Source of the DNA: Pristiophorus japonicus
Lineage: Eukaryota
NCBI RefSeq assembly: GCF_044704955.1
Contig: NC_091999.1
Coordinates: 66,092,001-66,156,000, forward strand
DNA: 64,000 nucleotides
Direction: 5' to 3'
A program made the translations under genes and the position numbers. The notes under the pieces are model-generated. The model saw only the letters and a program-made list of their open reading frames with translations, searched no databases and was not told the origin of the DNA. Below, one piece after another: positions 13,967 to 29,111 of this stretch (position 1 is its first letter; every line of letters starts with the position of its first letter).

Positions 13967-15210
13967 GAAACATAGAAATATTAAAAATAGGTGCAGGAGT
14001 AGGCCATTCAGCCCTTCGAGCCTGCACGGCCATTCAATGAGTTCCTGGCTGAACATGCAACTTCAGTACCCCATTCCTGCTTTCTCGCCATACCCCTTGA
14101 TCCACCTAGTAGTAAGGAATACATCTAACTCATTTTTGAATATATTTAGTCAATTGGCCTCAACAACTTTCTGTTGTAGAGAATTACACAGGTTCACCAC
14201 TCTCTGCGTAAAGAAGTTTCTCCTCATCTCGATCCTAAATGGCTTAACCCTTATCCTTCGACTGTGACCTGTGGTTCTGCACTTCCCCAACATTGGGAAC
14301 ATTTTTACTGCATCTAACCTGTCTAAACCCGTACGAATTTTAAACGTTTCTGTGAGATCCCCTCTCATTCTTCTGAACGCCAAAGAATACAAGCCCAGTT
14401 GATCCAATCTTTCTTGATATGTCAGTCCCGCCATCCCGGGAATCAGTCTGGTGAACCTTCGCTGCACTCCCTCAATAGCAAGAATGTCCTTCCTCAATTT
14501 AGGAGACCAAAACTGAAGACAATACTCCAGGTGTGTCCTCAGCAAGGACCTGCACAACAGTAATAATACCTCCCTTCCCCTTTACTCAAATCCATTCGCT
14601 ATGAAGGCCAACATGCCATTTGCTTTCTTAACCACCTGCTGTACCTACGTGCCAACCTTCAATGACTGATGTACCATGACACCCAGGTCTCGTTGCACCT
14701 CCCCTTTTCCTAATTTGTCACTATCCAGATAATAGTCTGCCTCTCTGTTTTTACAACCGAAGTGGATAACCTCACATTTATCCACATTATACTTCATCTG
14801 CCATGCATTTTCCCACACACCTAACCTATCCAAGTCACACTGTAGCCTCATAGCATCCTCCTCGCAGCTCACACTGCCACCTAACTTAGTGTCATCCGCA
14901 AATTTGGAGCTACTACATTTAATCTCCTCGTCTAAATCATTTATGGACAATGTAAACAGCTGGAGCCCCAGCACAGAACCATGCGGTACCCCACTAGTCA
15001 CTGCCTGACATTCTGAAAAGTACCCATTTACTACTATTCTTTGCTTCCTGTCTGCCAACCAGTTCTCAATCCACCTCAGCACACTACCCCCAATCCCATG
15101 TGCTTTAACTTTGCACATTAATCTCTTGTGTGGGACCTTGTCGAAAGCCTTTTGAACATCATTTGGTTCTCCCTTGTTCACTCTACTGGAAACATCCTCA
15201 AAAATTAACA
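13967..15210 (-). mobile_element. CR1 LINE ORF2 3' part
   Basis: [30 protein letters not shown]. Confidence 0.92.
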
Positions 15211-15219
15211 TATAACAAA

Positions 15220-16250
15220 AGACAGGGGCTAGTGCTGTAATAACTGTGACAGGGCTCTACTTTATATAAACAGAGATACCGTTGAATGTAATATAATAAG
15301 AAACATGGTTTAGCAGAATGGTAACTGAGTCAGGGCCTCAAGTCCTTTAAACAGAGACAGTATCTAATGTAAAATAAACAGCGACAAAGTCGAGTGTAAT
15401 ATAAAACGGGACATGGTCTAGTGTAATATAAAGAGAGACAGGGTCTAGTGTAGAAGAAAGCGAGACAGAGTGTAGTTTAAAAAAACTGAGGCAGGGTCGA
15501 GTGTAACACAAACCGAGAGAGGATCAAGTTTAATATAAATAGAGATATGGTCTCGTGCAATACAATACGGACAGTATCTAGTCTAATATACACAGATACA
15601 TGGTCTAGTCTAATATAAACAGAGGCAGGGTCGAGTGTAATATAAACAGAGACAGAATGTAGTGAAATGTAAATCGAGACAGGATCTCGCGTAATATAAA
15701 CAGAGACATGGTCTAGGTTAATATAAATAGAGACACAGTGCAGTGTAATATAAACAGAGACATGGTCTAGCGTGGTATAAACAGAAACAGGATCTTGTGT
15801 AATTTAAACAGAGATCGGTTCTAGTACAACACATAAAATATGGTTTAATATGTAAAAAAGACCGTGCCTAGGGCAGTAATAACTGAGACAGTGCCCAATG
15901 TAATATAAACAGAGACACCGTTGAATGAAATATAAAGAGAAATAAGGTTAACTGAGTCAGGGCCTAGAGCCCTCTAAGCTGAGAAAATTCTATGTAATGT
16001 AAGCAGAGACTATACTAGTGCAGTAATAACTGAGACAGGGTTTAAAATAATAAAATAGAAACAGGGTCTGGTGTAAAATAAACAAAGACATGGTCTAGTG
16101 CAGAAATAACTGCGACAGGGTCTAATATAATATAAATGGAGTTAGGGACCTGTGCAACAATAATTTGGACAGGCCTTAATACAATCAAAACAAAGACAGT
16201 GCCTAGTTTAATGTAAACCGTAACGTGGCCTTGCGCAGTAATAGCTGTGC
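15220..16250 (+). repeat. 27-bp minisatellite array
   Basis: Tandem units. Confidence 0.88.
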
Positions 16251-16296
16251 CCTCTGGATAATGGCCTTCTTGCCAGTGTAAACCTTTTCATGGAAT

Positions 16297-17740
16297 CATA
16301 AGAACATAAGAACATAACAAATAGGAGCAGGTGTAAGACAGCTGGCCCTTCGATCCTGCTCCAAAATTGAACGACATCACGGCTGATCTGATCATGGACT
16401 GAGTTCCACTTCCCTGCCCGCTCCCCATAACCGTTCATTTCCTTATAGCTCAAAAATCTGCCTAGCTCTGCCTTAAATATATTCAATGGCCCTGCCTCCA
16501 AGGCTCTATGAGGCAGCGAATTCCACAGATTTACAACTCTCTGAGGGAAGAAATTCCTCCTCATCTCAGTTTTAAATGGGCAGCCCCTTATTCTGAGATC
16601 AAGTCCCCAAGTTTTATTTTCCCCGATGAATACAAATATCCTCTCTGCATCCACCTTGTCGAGCCGCACATTACCTTATACTTTGCGATAACATCCTATC
16701 TCATTGTTCTTAACTACAATGTGTATAGGCCCACCCTATTCAACCTATCTTCATAAGTCATCCCCCTCATGTCCGGAATGAACCTAGTGAATCTTCTCTG
16801 AACAGCCTCCAATGCAAGTATATCATTCCTTAAACACTGAGAATAAAACTACGCAGTGCACCAGGTGTGGCCTCACCAATACCTATTAAAGTTGTAGCAG
16901 GCCTTCTTTGCTTTTATACTTTATCTCCCTTGCAATAAAGGCCGGCATTCCATTTGCCTTCCGAATTACTTGCATTAACCAGAATATTAACTTTTTGTGT
17001 TTCATGAACAAGGACACCTAGCTCCCTCTGTCCAGCAGCACTTTGCAATTTTTCCCATTAAATTATAATTTGCTTTTCTATTTTTTCTTCCAAAGTGGAT
17101 AACGTCACACTTTCCGACATTATACTCCATCTGCCAAATTGTTGCCGACTAACTTAGCCTGTCTGTATCCATTTGCAGATATTTTGTGTTCTCCTCACAA
17201 TTTGCTTTCCCACCCATCTTTGTTATCATCGCATATTTGAGTGCATTACACTCGGTCCCTTCATCCATGTCTTTAACATATTGTAAAATTTGAGGAAACA
17301 ATACCGATCCCGTCGGCACCACACTAGTCACTTTTTGCCAACCGGAAAATGACCCATTTATCTCGACTCACTGTTTTCTGTTAGTTAGCCAACCTCTATC
17401 AATGCTAATACATTAGCCCCAACCCCGTGAAATTTGATCTTCTGCAGGAACGTTTTATGTGGCACCTAATCGATTGCCTTCCAGCAATCCAAATATAACA
17501 CATCAACTGTTTCTCCTATATACACCCTGCTCGTTGCATCCTCAATGAACATAACCAAATTTGTCAAACATGAATTTATTTTCATAAAACCATGCTGACT
17601 TTGCTTGATTGAATTTTGTGTTTCCAAATAGCCCACTTGTGCTTCCTTAATAATGGAGTACAGCATTTTTCCAACGACAGATTTTAGGCTAACTTGTCCA
17701 TAGTTTCCTGCTTTTTGCCTGTCCCCTTTTTAAATCGGGG
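16297..17740 (-). mobile_element. CR1 LINE ORF2 3' part
   Basis: QHGFMK..SCLTNL, EMRRNFFPQRVVNLWNSLP. Confidence 0.9.
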
Positions 17741-19140
17741 CAGGATCTCGTTTGATATAAACAGACACAGTGTCTTGTATCATTTAAGCAGAAACAATGT
17801 CTAGTGTAAAATAAGCAGAGACAGGGTCCAGTGTAATATATACTGAGACAGGGTCTAGTGTAATATAAACAGAGACGTCGTCTAGTGTAATATAAACAGA
17901 GACAAGGTCTAACCTAATATAAGCAGAGAGAGGGTCTAATGTAATATAAATAGTGCTTGGATCGAATGAAATATAATCAGAGACATGGTGTAGTAGAGTA
18001 ATAACTGAGAAACAATCTGCTGTGATTTCATAGTGTCACAGACAATTACGGCACAAGGAAAGCCATTCATTCCATCGCGCCTCTGCTGACTCTAAGTGAA
18101 AACAATTTCTTCTCTTCTCCGCTCTGGATCTTTTGTCAATGCTTTTAAATCTAGGACCACTGCTTAGTGAGAGCCTATACGATATCTTTGAATCTTGGAA
18201 ATTTACAGCACGGAAGGAGGCCATTTCAGCTCATTCTATCAGCGCTAGCTTACCAAGAGCTATCCTGCTTAAGCCCACTTTCCAGCTCTTGTTCTGCAGC
18301 CTGTAGGTTACGACAGGTTAATTGAACATCCAAGTACCTTTTAAATGTAGTGAGGATTCCTGCTTCTACCAACATTTCATGCATTGCGTTTCAGACCCCC
18401 ACCACCCTCTCGATGAAGAAATATCCCCTCATATCTCCTCTATACTATGAAAACAAGTTTTCATGTTGAAGACCTCTATTAGATCACGAAGCAAACTCCT
18501 CTGTTACCAGGAGAACAGGTCTAACTTTTCCACTCTCTAATTGAAGTCCCTCATTCCTGGTAACAACCGGCTAAACCTCTTCAGTGCACTTTCTAGTGTC
18601 CGTACATCATTATGGAAATGTGGTGCCCAAATTTGTCCATAATATTCCATCTGAGATCTAAGGCCTAATATAAGCAGAGATAACTTGCACTGCATTAAGA
18701 ACTGAGCCAGCATCCAGAGGGATTTAAATAGCGACTGGGTCTAGTGCATGGTAAACAGAGACGGCTCTAGTGTAACATAAAAAGAGACAGGTTCTAGTGT
18801 CGTATAAACAGAGACAGGGTCTCGTGTAAATTAAACAGAGACAGGATCTAGTGTAATATAAACAGTGACAGGGTCCAATGTAGAAATAACAGATACAAGG
18901 CCTAGTGTAATATAAGCAGAGCCAGTGTCGAGCGCAGTATAAACAGAGGCATGGTCGAGTGTAATATAAAGAGAGACGGGGTCTTAAGTAATATAATCGG
19001 AGACAAGGTATAGTGTAATATAAACAGTAGCAGGGTCTAGTGCAATATAATCAGAGAGAGTATCGAGTGTAATATAAAGAGAGACGGCGTCTACTGTAAT
19101 ATAAACAGAGACAGTGTCTAGTGTAATCTAATCAGTGTAA
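17740..19140 (+). repeat. 27-bp minisatellite arrays enclosing a CR1-remnant block (18010-18660) that is duplicated at about 25640-26310
   Basis: Tandem units; colinear match of the intervening block. Confidence 0.8.
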
Positions 19141-19519
19141 AACAGAGTCCAGTGGAGTTCTACATTTTAAATATCTTGCTTGTGCTTACGGTACTTCTTA
19201 CTAGTGGAAACGTTTCTTTAACTCCTCATAATTTTGCACACCTCGAATAAATCGCCCTTAATATTTTCGAATCTAAGGAGCACAATTCCAATTTCCCGCT
19301 GCTCTACTTATGCACCTCACGGATATCCAGATGCGAATTCGCTTCGAGTTTTATATTGAAATCCCATCCTACAACAGTGCCGGAATATCATCCCAGGCAA
19401 GATAAGAGAATTAGCCGTGGGAATTAATCCGACCGTGTGAAACTCGGCTCAGGCCCTGAACTTCAGACACATTGAGCTAAATGGCAACATCTTAAAAACC
19501 AAGCTGTGATATATTAAAG

Positions 19520-19960
19520 CCCCGGTGCAGCGGGATCACCCTTTCCTCTGAGTCAGAAGGTTGTGGATTAAAACCCCCTCTCCAGACACTGAGCACATAA
19601 TCTCGGCTGACATTCCCGCTACCAGTACTGATGGGGTGCTAGACTGTTGGAGGTATAATCTTTCAAATGAGACGTTGCATCGGCTGAGTCTTCCTTTTCA
19701 GTTGGATGTAAAAGATTGAATGTCACTATTTTAAATCGCAGGGGAGTTCACCCCGGTGACCAAGACAAATATTTATCCATTAACCAGCATCGCTGAAGAA
19801 TAGTTTGTCTGGCCATTATCACATTACGTTTGTGGGAACTTGCTGTGCACAACTTGACTGCCATGTTTCGTACATTACAACAGCGACTACACCTGAAACA
19901 TACTTCATTGGCTGTAAATCGCTTTGGGAAATGCCGAGGCAGTGAAACTGGTGAAAGTTA
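19520..19960 (+). mobile_element. Deu-domain SINE copy
   Basis: Colinear with 7055-7510. Confidence 0.7.
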
Positions 19961-21229
19961 TTTCAAATATCAACATTTGAAAATACTCGTGGCAATAGGT
20001 CACTCCTCTGGTCGCTGTTTTAATTGATTTAGTTTAAATGGCTTGGAACCTGCGCTAAATGGACATCTAGTGAAATACTAGTCCGTTCAGAGAAGTTCCG
20101 TTGATTTTGACAGCAGAATTTTCAGGACTGAATTCTTAACCTTAATATTTTCCCTTTGATATAAATCACATCTATTCTAATTGAACAAAACATAAACCGA
20201 TGTCACTGCTCGAGATGTTTCCGTTTGTTTATATCAACTGTCAATATTCTTAAAATAAACCAGTGTTGTGAGTTGAAACTAATCAGTTAGCGACTTTGTG
20301 GACCTTGTTTTGCTGCCAGGAACACCATGAAAACCAATAAGCTGTTGATGTAAATAAACAGAGAAATAGATGTACCAGCTTAGAATAGTGAGCGTCAGGA
20401 ACACTCTAAATGTTACCCACCAACACACAATAGTTAAAACAGACCGAGAAATGCAAATATCTCAACGGACTCCAGCAACAATTGATTTTTGAGATATTTC
20501 TGTAAATTATAGGAGAATAAATTAATGATGATGTCAACGGTCAAAATGGGGAAAAATTATAGTCACTGTATATGTTGACAGTTCAAATATATTAGTGGCG
20601 ATTCCATGTATCCCCTTCTTCTCTGCCTCTCTCTCTCCTTGTCTCTAAAGAATGCAACATTATCTTTACCTCACAATAAGAAGTCAATGTCTATTTACAG
20701 GCCTCGAACCAAATTGGTGGCCGTGCGGAGCGATACATTTATTCCAAAATATTTCCTGTGAACTCAATGATCTGGGAGTGTTTGATTGGACAGTGGAGAG
20801 GAAACGTTACTCTGTATCGCCTCCATGCACTAACATCCATAGTAGTGTTTGATGGGGCAGTGCAGAGGTAATGTTACACTGTATCTAACCCTGCCATATC
20901 TGCCCTGTGAGTATTTGATGGCACAGTGTAGAGGGAGCATTACTCTGCATAGATTCGCGCTGTACCTGCCCTGGATGTGTATGATGGCAGAGTGTGACAC
21001 CACTATCCTTGCAAAATGTTAATATCAGTGCGATTTCACGTATATTGCATTTTGCTTTACCTGTTTGACTTCATTACGGCAGCAGCACCTAAACATTGGG
21101 TGACGTCATTCTTCAAGACCATGCAATGTCATCAATGTGACTAGGTCGCCATAGCAACATCAGTGCGATCTCTGACCCTCAGCCACACGGATGCTCGATG
21201 TGACCGATATTGGCAAGCCTACGCCCCAG

Positions 21230-22135
21230 GGTGTAGTGCAGTAACAAGCGAGACTGGTCTAATTGTAACATAGACAGCGACAGGACATAGATTCATGTTA
21301 AAAAATACAGCATCTTGTGTAATATAACCAGAGCCTGGGCCCAGTGTAATATAAACAGATCAAGGGTCTAGACTAATATAAACAGAGACAGGGTTTAGTG
21401 TAATATAATTAGAAACAGGTCTAGTGTAATATAATCAGAGACAGGGTCCAGTGTAATATAAACAGAGATAGGGTCTATTTTATTAATAACTGTCACAGAT
21501 TCTTCTGTAGACTACACGGAGACACTATCTGGTATAATATAAACAGAGACATGGACTATTATAATATAAACAGAGGCACGGTCTATTGTAATATAAACAG
21601 AGACAGGATCAAGTGTAATATTAATAGGGGCAGGGAATATTGTAATATAACAGAGCGCCTTGTGCTGTAATAACGGAAACATGGCCTCTTGGAATAGTAG
21701 CAGAGTCGGGGCATCGAGTAATTTATATAGATACAGGGTCTGATGTAAAATAAACACAGATAGGGCCGAGAGTAATAAAAATAGAGATTGGATCGAGTGT
21801 AATATATATAGACACAGGCTACAGTGTAAAATAAAGAGAGACAGGGTCTAATGTAATATAAACTTCGACAGAGTAGAGTGTAATATAGAAAGAGACAGGT
21901 TCAAATGTAATATAAATAGAGACGGGGTCTAGTGTAATCTAAACAGAGACAGGGTCAAATCTAATAGAACAGAAACTCTAATGCATTAATCACTGAGATA
22001 GATGCTAGCGCAATATAAACAGGCATACGTCCGAGTGCAATATAAACAGACTCCAGGACGAGTGTATTATAAATGGAGACATGGTTTATAGAAGTAACAT
22101 TCGACACAAAGTCCAGCGAAATATAAACAGAGGCA
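21230..22135 (+). repeat. 27-bp minisatellite array
   Basis: Tandem units. Confidence 0.88.
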
Positions 22136-24390
22136 TAGAATCATAGAATCGCAGACATTTACAGCATGCAAGGAGGCCATTGTGGCCCATCGTGTCCACG
22201 TCTGGTGACCAAGAGCTATCCAGCCTTATCCCACTAATCAGCTCCTGGTCCTTAGCACTGTAAGGTACGGTAATTTAATTGCACACCCAAGTATTTTTAA
22301 ATGTGCTGAGCGTTTCTGCCTCTACCACCCGTTCAGCCAGTGAGACCCCCGCAGCTCTCCCAGTGAAGACATTGACCCTCAAATCGCCTCTAAACCTTCG
22401 ACCAATTAGGTTAAATCTGTGTCCCTTAGTTGTTGAACCATCTGCCAAGGGAAAATGTTCCTTCCTATCTACTCTATCGAGGCCCCTCATAATTTTATAC
22501 ACCTCAATCTGGTCTCCCCTCAGCCTCCTCTATTCCAAAGTAAATAGACCCATCATCTCCAAACTTTCCTCATTGAAATAATTCACCAGCATAGGCAATC
22601 TCCTCTGCACCCTTTTCAGTACAATCACATATTTCCTGTAATGTGATGACATGAACTGCACGCTTAATCCAGCTGCGCCCTGTTATACAGTTCAAATATA
22701 AATTCCCGACTCTTATATTCAATGCATCGACTAATAAAGGCAATATTCAATATGCCTTCATGACACCTTATCCAACTGACCTGCTACAATCAGGCATCTG
22801 TGGACATGCACCACAAGGTCGGGGGCTACACTGTGTATACATGTGCCCCAAGGGATCCATGTGCGTGAAACACATAAGTGTAGTATGCAGGTAGAGAAAT
22901 GATGAGGAAGGTAAATGGAATCTTGGCCTTTATTGCAAAGTGGATGGAGTATAAAAGCAGGGAAGACTTGCTGCAGTTATACAGGGTAATGGTGAGGCCA
23001 TACCTGGAATACTGCATGCAGTTTTGGTTTCCATATTTACGAAAGGATATACTTGCTTTGGAGACAGTTCAGAGAAGGTTCACTGGGTTGATTCCGGAGA
23101 TGAGGGGGTTGAATTATGTGGAAAGATTGAGCAGGTTGGGCCTCGACTCATTGGAATTCAGAAGAATGAGAGGTGAACTTATCGAAATGTAGAAGATTAT
23201 GAGGAGGCTTGACAAGATGGATGGAGAGAGGATGTTTCCACTGGAAAGGTAGACTGGATCTATAGGGAGTAATCTTAAAATACGGGGCCGCCCATTGAAA
23301 ACTGAGAATTGGAGAAACTTCTTCTCTCAGAGGGTTGTAAATCTGTGCAATTCGTTGCCTCAGAGAGCTGTGGAAGCTGGGACATTGAATAAATTTGAGA
23401 CAGAAATAGACAGTTTCTTAAAGGATAAGGGGATAACGGGTTATGGGGAGTGGGCAGGGAAATGGACCTCAGTCCATAATCGGATCAGCCATGATCGTAT
23501 TAAATGGTGGAGCAGGCTCGAGGCGCCATATGGCCTATTCCTCATCCTATTTCTTATGTTCTTATTAAGGTCCCCTTCCCCTCTATATTTTAGAGTGTCA
23601 TACCATTTAATATATATTACTTACCATATTAGACCTCCCCAAATGCATTACCTCACACTTATCCGGATTGAATTCCATTTGCCACTGTTCTGCCCAGATG
23701 ACCAGTGCATTCATAACTTCTTGCAATCTGAAGCTTTCTTCTTCATTATCAACCACGCAGCCTATTTTAGTGTCATCTGCAAACTCCTTAATCATACCCG
23801 CAGCAGTCAATGCAGATTGTTGATATATACCACAAAAAGCAAGAGGCCCAGCACTGAGCCCTGCGGAACCCTGCTGGAAACAGCCTTCCATTCACATAAA
23901 CATCCATCAACCATTACTCTTTGCTTTCTCCCTCTGAGCCAATTTTGGATCTAGCTTGCCACTTTGCCCTGGAACCCATGGGCCTTTATTTTCCTGACCA
24001 GTCTGTTATGTGGGACCTTGTCAAAAGCTTTGCTAAAATCCATATACACTACATCATATGTCCTGCCCTCATCGTCCCTCACGATTACGTCCACGAAAAA
24101 ATCAACAAGTTAGTAAGACACGGCCTTCCCTTCAAAAATCCGTGCCGGCTGTCTTTGATTAATCCATGTGTTTCTACGTGAAGATTTATCCTGTCCCTCA
24201 AGATTGTTTCCAATAATTTTGCCATCCCTGAATTTAGGATGACTGTCCTGAAATTACTCGATCTATCCTTTTCTCTCTCTTTAAACAAAGATACAACTTT
24301 AGCTGTGTTCCAGTCGTCTTGCACAACACCTGTAGCCAAGAGAACTGCAAAATGTTGATCAGAGCCTCTGATATTTCCTTTTTTCTTTGG
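22133..24390 (-). mobile_element. CR1-like LINE (minus) interrupted by a nested CR1
   Basis: HGFLKGRPCLTNL, EFADDTKIG, YKIMRGLDRVD. Confidence 0.85.
22821..23566 (+). mobile_element. Nested CR1 3' fragment with AAGGTC target-site duplication
   Basis: AAGGTC at 22815-22820 and 23567-23572; RPYLEYCMQFW; TTCTTATG tail. Confidence 0.85.
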
Positions 24391-24394
24391 TCCA

Positions 24395-25640
24395 ATATAG
24401 TATAATCAGAGTCAGAATCTAGTGCATTATAACTAGAGACAGAGATTAGTGTAATATAAACAGGTATAGCGTCTAGTACCATCATAAATGAGACGGGGCC
24501 GAGTGTAATATACACAGTGACACGTTCTAGTGCATTACCGACTGCGCCAGGCTCTAGTGTTGTATATACATTATCAGGGCCTTGTTTATTTTATAAAGAG
24601 ACCGGCTCTAGTGTAGTGTAAACAGTGACAGGGTCGAGTGTCATATAAATAGAGACATGGTCTAATGCAGTAAACTGAGAACAGATCGAGCATAATATGA
24701 ACAGGGATTGCGAAAGTGCAGTAATAAGTACGACAGGACCCCTTGTAATTTTAGCAAAAAGAGGGGTCAGTGTAATATACTTATAGGTAGTGTCTAGTTT
24801 AATATATACTGAGATATTGCTGAGTGCAGTAATAAATGAGACAGGTTCCAGTGTAACATAAACAGTGACAGCATCTTATGTAAAAAAAAAATGACAGAGT
24901 CTAATGTAATATAACCTATGATATGCTCCAGTGTGTTAATAACTGAGACAAGGCTAAGTGTAATGTTAACATAGACAGGGCCTGGTGCAGTAATGTCTGA
25001 GATAGAGTCGTTTTAATATCAACAGAGAAATGGTCGAATGCAGTAATAACTGGGCCAAGACTAAAGATAATACAAACAGACAGATGGTCTAACACATATA
25101 AATGAGACCGGGCCTAGATTAATTTAAAATGAAACATCGTCTAAAAAAGCAGAAAGCGAAACAGGGTCTATTGTAATATAAACAGGGACAGGGTGTAGTA
25201 CAATACAAACAGAGACAGCGTTTAGGGTAATATAAAGAGAGACAAGGTCTAGTGTATTATAAAAGGAGACAGGGTCCAGTACATTACAAACAGTGACAAT
25301 ATCTAGTGTAATCTAAAGAGAGACATGGTCTAGCGTAATATAAACAGAGAGAGGGTCGAGTGTAAAAAAAACAGAGGCTGGTTCTAGTGTAATATAAAAA
25401 GGGACACGGTATAGTGTAATATAAAGAGGGACAGGGTATAGCATAATATAAACAGAGACAGGGTCTATTGTAATATAAACACAGACAGGATCCTCCATAA
25501 TATAAACAGAGTCAGGGTCTACTGTAATATAAACAGCGACAGGGTGTAGTGAAATATAAACAGAGACAGGGTCTAGTATAATATAAATGGCGACAGGGGC
25601 TAGTGGAGTATTAACTGAGGCAGTGTCCAGTGGAGCAATA
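24395..25640 (+). repeat. 27-bp minisatellite array
   Basis: Tandem units. Confidence 0.88.
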
Positions 25641-26482
25641 ACTGAGAGACGATCTTCTGTGATTTTATCGAATCACAGAAACTTACTGCATAAATAAGCC
25701 ATTCGGTCCATCGCGCCTGTGCTGACTCTGAGTGACAACACATTTTCCTTTTTTCCCCTCTAGATCATTGGGAATGCTTTTAAATCTATGACCTCTGCTT
25801 AGTGGGAACCGATACTTATATCATAGAATCATAGAAATTTACAACATAGAAGGAGGCCATTTCAGCTCATCGTATCAGCGCCGGACGACCAAGAGCTATC
25901 CAGCGCCGGCCGACCAAATCACACTTTCTAGCTTAGTCCATGGTCCTGTAGGTTACAGCACTTTAATTGCACCTCCAATTACCTTTTAAAAGTGATGAGG
26001 ATTACGGCCTCTACCACTCTGTCAGACAGTGAGTTCCAGATCCCCACCACCCTCTACGTGGAAAAATATCCCATCATATCGCCTCTACACTATTAAAACA
26101 TCTCATCTTATTGAAAAGAACTATTAGCTCATTTCTTATAATTCTCTGCACTACGGAAAACGGTTCTAACTTTTCTAACCTCGAGTTGAAGTCCATCGTC
26201 CCTGGTAACAACCTGATAAACCTCTTTTGGATGCTTTCTGTTCCCCTTACAGCGTTATGGAAATAAGGTGCCCAGAATTGTCCATAATACTCCAGCAGAG
26301 ACCTAATGCGTCATATAAACAGATATAAGGTGCAATGCAGTAATAACTGAGCCAGAGTCTAGAGCAATTTAAAAAGAGGCTGGGTCCAAAATAATTTCAA
26401 CAGAGACAAGGACTTGTGTAATAAAAACAGAGACGAGGTCTAGTGTAATATAAACAGTGACGTAAACCTACAGTAATGTAAA

Positions 26483-26941
26483 CCTATCAAGAAAGACTGG
26501 ATCAACTGGGCATGTATTCACTGGAGTTCAGAAGAATGAGAGGGGACCTCATAGAAACGTTTAAAATTCTGACGGGTTTAGACAGGTTAGATGCAGGAAG
26601 AATGTTCCCAATGTTGGGGAAGTCCAGAACCAGCGGTCACAGTCTGAGGATAAGGGGTAAGCCATTTAGGACCGAGATGAGGAGAAACTTCTTCACCCTG
26701 AGAGTGGTGAACCTGTGGAATTCTCTACCACAGAAAGTAGTTGAGGCCAATTCACTAAATATATTCAACAGGGAGTTAGATGAAGTCCTTACTATTCGGG
26801 CCATCAAGGGTTATGGCGAGAAAGCAGGAAGGGGGTACTGAAGTTTCATGTTCAGCCATGAACTCATTGAATGGCGGTGCATGCTAGAAGGGCTGAATGG
26901 CCTGCTCCTGCACCTATTTTCTATGTTTCTATGTTTCTATG
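26483..26941 (+). mobile_element. Relatively intact CR1 3' end
   Basis: Uninterrupted ORF2 C-terminus 26512-26841 and (TTTCTATG)n tail. Confidence 0.9.
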
Positions 26942-28325
26942 TGACAGGGTCTGGTGCCAGAGAGACAAAGATATGGTCGAGTGTAATATAAACAGGCAGG
27001 ATCTACTACAGTTAACAACTGAGATATCGTCTCCTGTAATATAAAGAGAGACAGGGTCTGGTGTATTCAAAGCAGATACAGGGTCTAGTGTAATATAAAT
27101 AGAGAGTGTTTAGTGTAATATAAGCAGGAACATGGTCGTGTTTAATAAACAGATAAATGTTCTAGTTCAGTAATAACTGAGACAGGGTCTGGTGTAATAT
27201 AAACAGAGACATTGTCTCGTGTAAAATAAACTGGGGCATGGTCAATTACAACTGAGGCATGACCTGAGGTAATAGAAACATGTCTAGAGCAGTAATATTT
27301 CACACGCTTCCTAAATTAATACTGACAGATACAACGTCTAATGCATTAATGATTAGACAGGATGTAATGTAATATAACCAGAGGCAGGGTCTAATGTAAT
27401 ATAAACAGAGACAAGGTATAATTTAATTTAAACAGAGGCAAGGTCTCGTGTAATTTAAACAGAGATATGGTCTTGTTTAATATAAACAGAAACGGGGTCA
27501 AATGCAATACATAAAATGTTCTAGTGCTGTAATCACTAAGACAGCCCACTAATTATCTTGCCAATGCTGTTAAATCTATGACCTCTGCTTAGTGACCTAA
27601 TCGCCAGAGGGAACCTATCTTCTATACCTACTCTATCAAAAACTCACATCATCTTGAAGATCTTTATTAGCTCGCTTCTTAAACTTCACTGTTCCTAGGA
27701 GAACACTTGTAACTTTTTAAAGCTCTTCTTCTCCGTTAATCATCTCCTCCTTGGTGACAACCTGTTAAACTTTTTCTGTACCGTTTCTAATGTGTTTATT
27801 GCGCTTCTGAAATGTGGTGACTAGAATTGTCCATAAGACTCAAGCTGAGGCCTAAGGCCTAATATAAATAGAGATACAGTGCAATGCAGTAATATATGAG
27901 ACACGGCCTAAGGCAATATAAACATAGCCATGTCCAAGGCAGTAGTATTTCAGACAGGGCTGGATTTAATACAGCCAAATAAATGGTCACGTGCAGTAAT
28001 AACAGAGACAGAGTCTAGTGTAATGAAAGCAGGCTCAGGATCTTGACAAGTATAAACAGAGACAAGTCTAGTTTAATATAAACATAGACAGGTTCTAGTG
28101 TAATATAAACAGAAATATGGGCTAGTGTAACATCAAAAGCGACAGGCTCTAGTGTAACAGAAAGAGACACAGGGCCTAGTGTAATACAAAATGCGATACT
28201 GTCCAGTGTAATATAAACAGAAACAGGGCCTGGTGCAATATAAACTGAGAGAGGATCTAGTGTAATGTAAACAGGGACAGGGTCTAGTGTAATATAAACT
28301 GAGACAGGGTCTAGTGCAGCAATAC
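26940..28325 (+). repeat. 27-bp minisatellite arrays with CR1 remnant (27550-27850)
   Basis: Tandem units. Confidence 0.8.
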
Positions 28326-28687
28326 ATTGTAAATCTCTGGCTTGTGGTTAATGTATGTCCTACGAGTACAACAGTTTTCTGATTAAATACTCGAAAAAAC
28401 TCCGCATAATTTTGATCATATTATTAAATCGCCCTTCGGATCTAAGGAGAATAATTGCAGTTTCCAGCTGCTCTACTGGTGCACCTCACAAACATCCAGA
28501 TGCGGAGTTGCTAACATTTTATATGGAAATCCCATCTTCCAACAATGCTGGAATATCATCCCAGGCAAGATAAGTGAATTAGCACCGGGAATTAAACAGA
28601 CCGTGTGAAACTCGGTTCAGACCCTGAAATTTGACACTCTGAACTAAATGACAACATTTTAAAAAGCAAGCTGTGATGTGTTGAAGT

Positions 28688-29110
28688 CCCGGTACAATGG
28701 GATCACTCTCCCCTCTGAGTGAGAAGGCTGTGGGTTTAAACCCCTCTCCAGAGGTTGAGCACATAATATCGGCTGGCACTCCCGGTACCAGTACTGAGGG
28801 ACGGGCGGCGGGGGAGGGGGGGAGCGGAGTATATTGCCAGTGGTGCAGTCTTGCGGATGGGACGTTACATCTGCTGAGTCTTCCCTCGCAGTTTGATGTA
28901 AGAGATTGAATGCACAATTTTAAATAGCAGGGGAGTTCACCCCAGTGTCCATTTCACATATTTATCCATTAACAAACATCGCTAAACAATAGATTCTGTG
29001 ATTATTATCACATTTATGGGAGCTTGCTGTACGCAATTTGACTCCACCTTTTCTACGTTGCAAAAGTTTCCAGACTTCAAATGTACTTCATTGTAAAGCG
29101 CTTTTGGACA
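28688..29110 (+). mobile_element. Deu-domain SINE copy, tail split by CR1 (resumes about 30182)
   Basis: Colinear with the 7055 and 19520 copies. Confidence 0.7.
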
Positions 29111-29111
29111 T

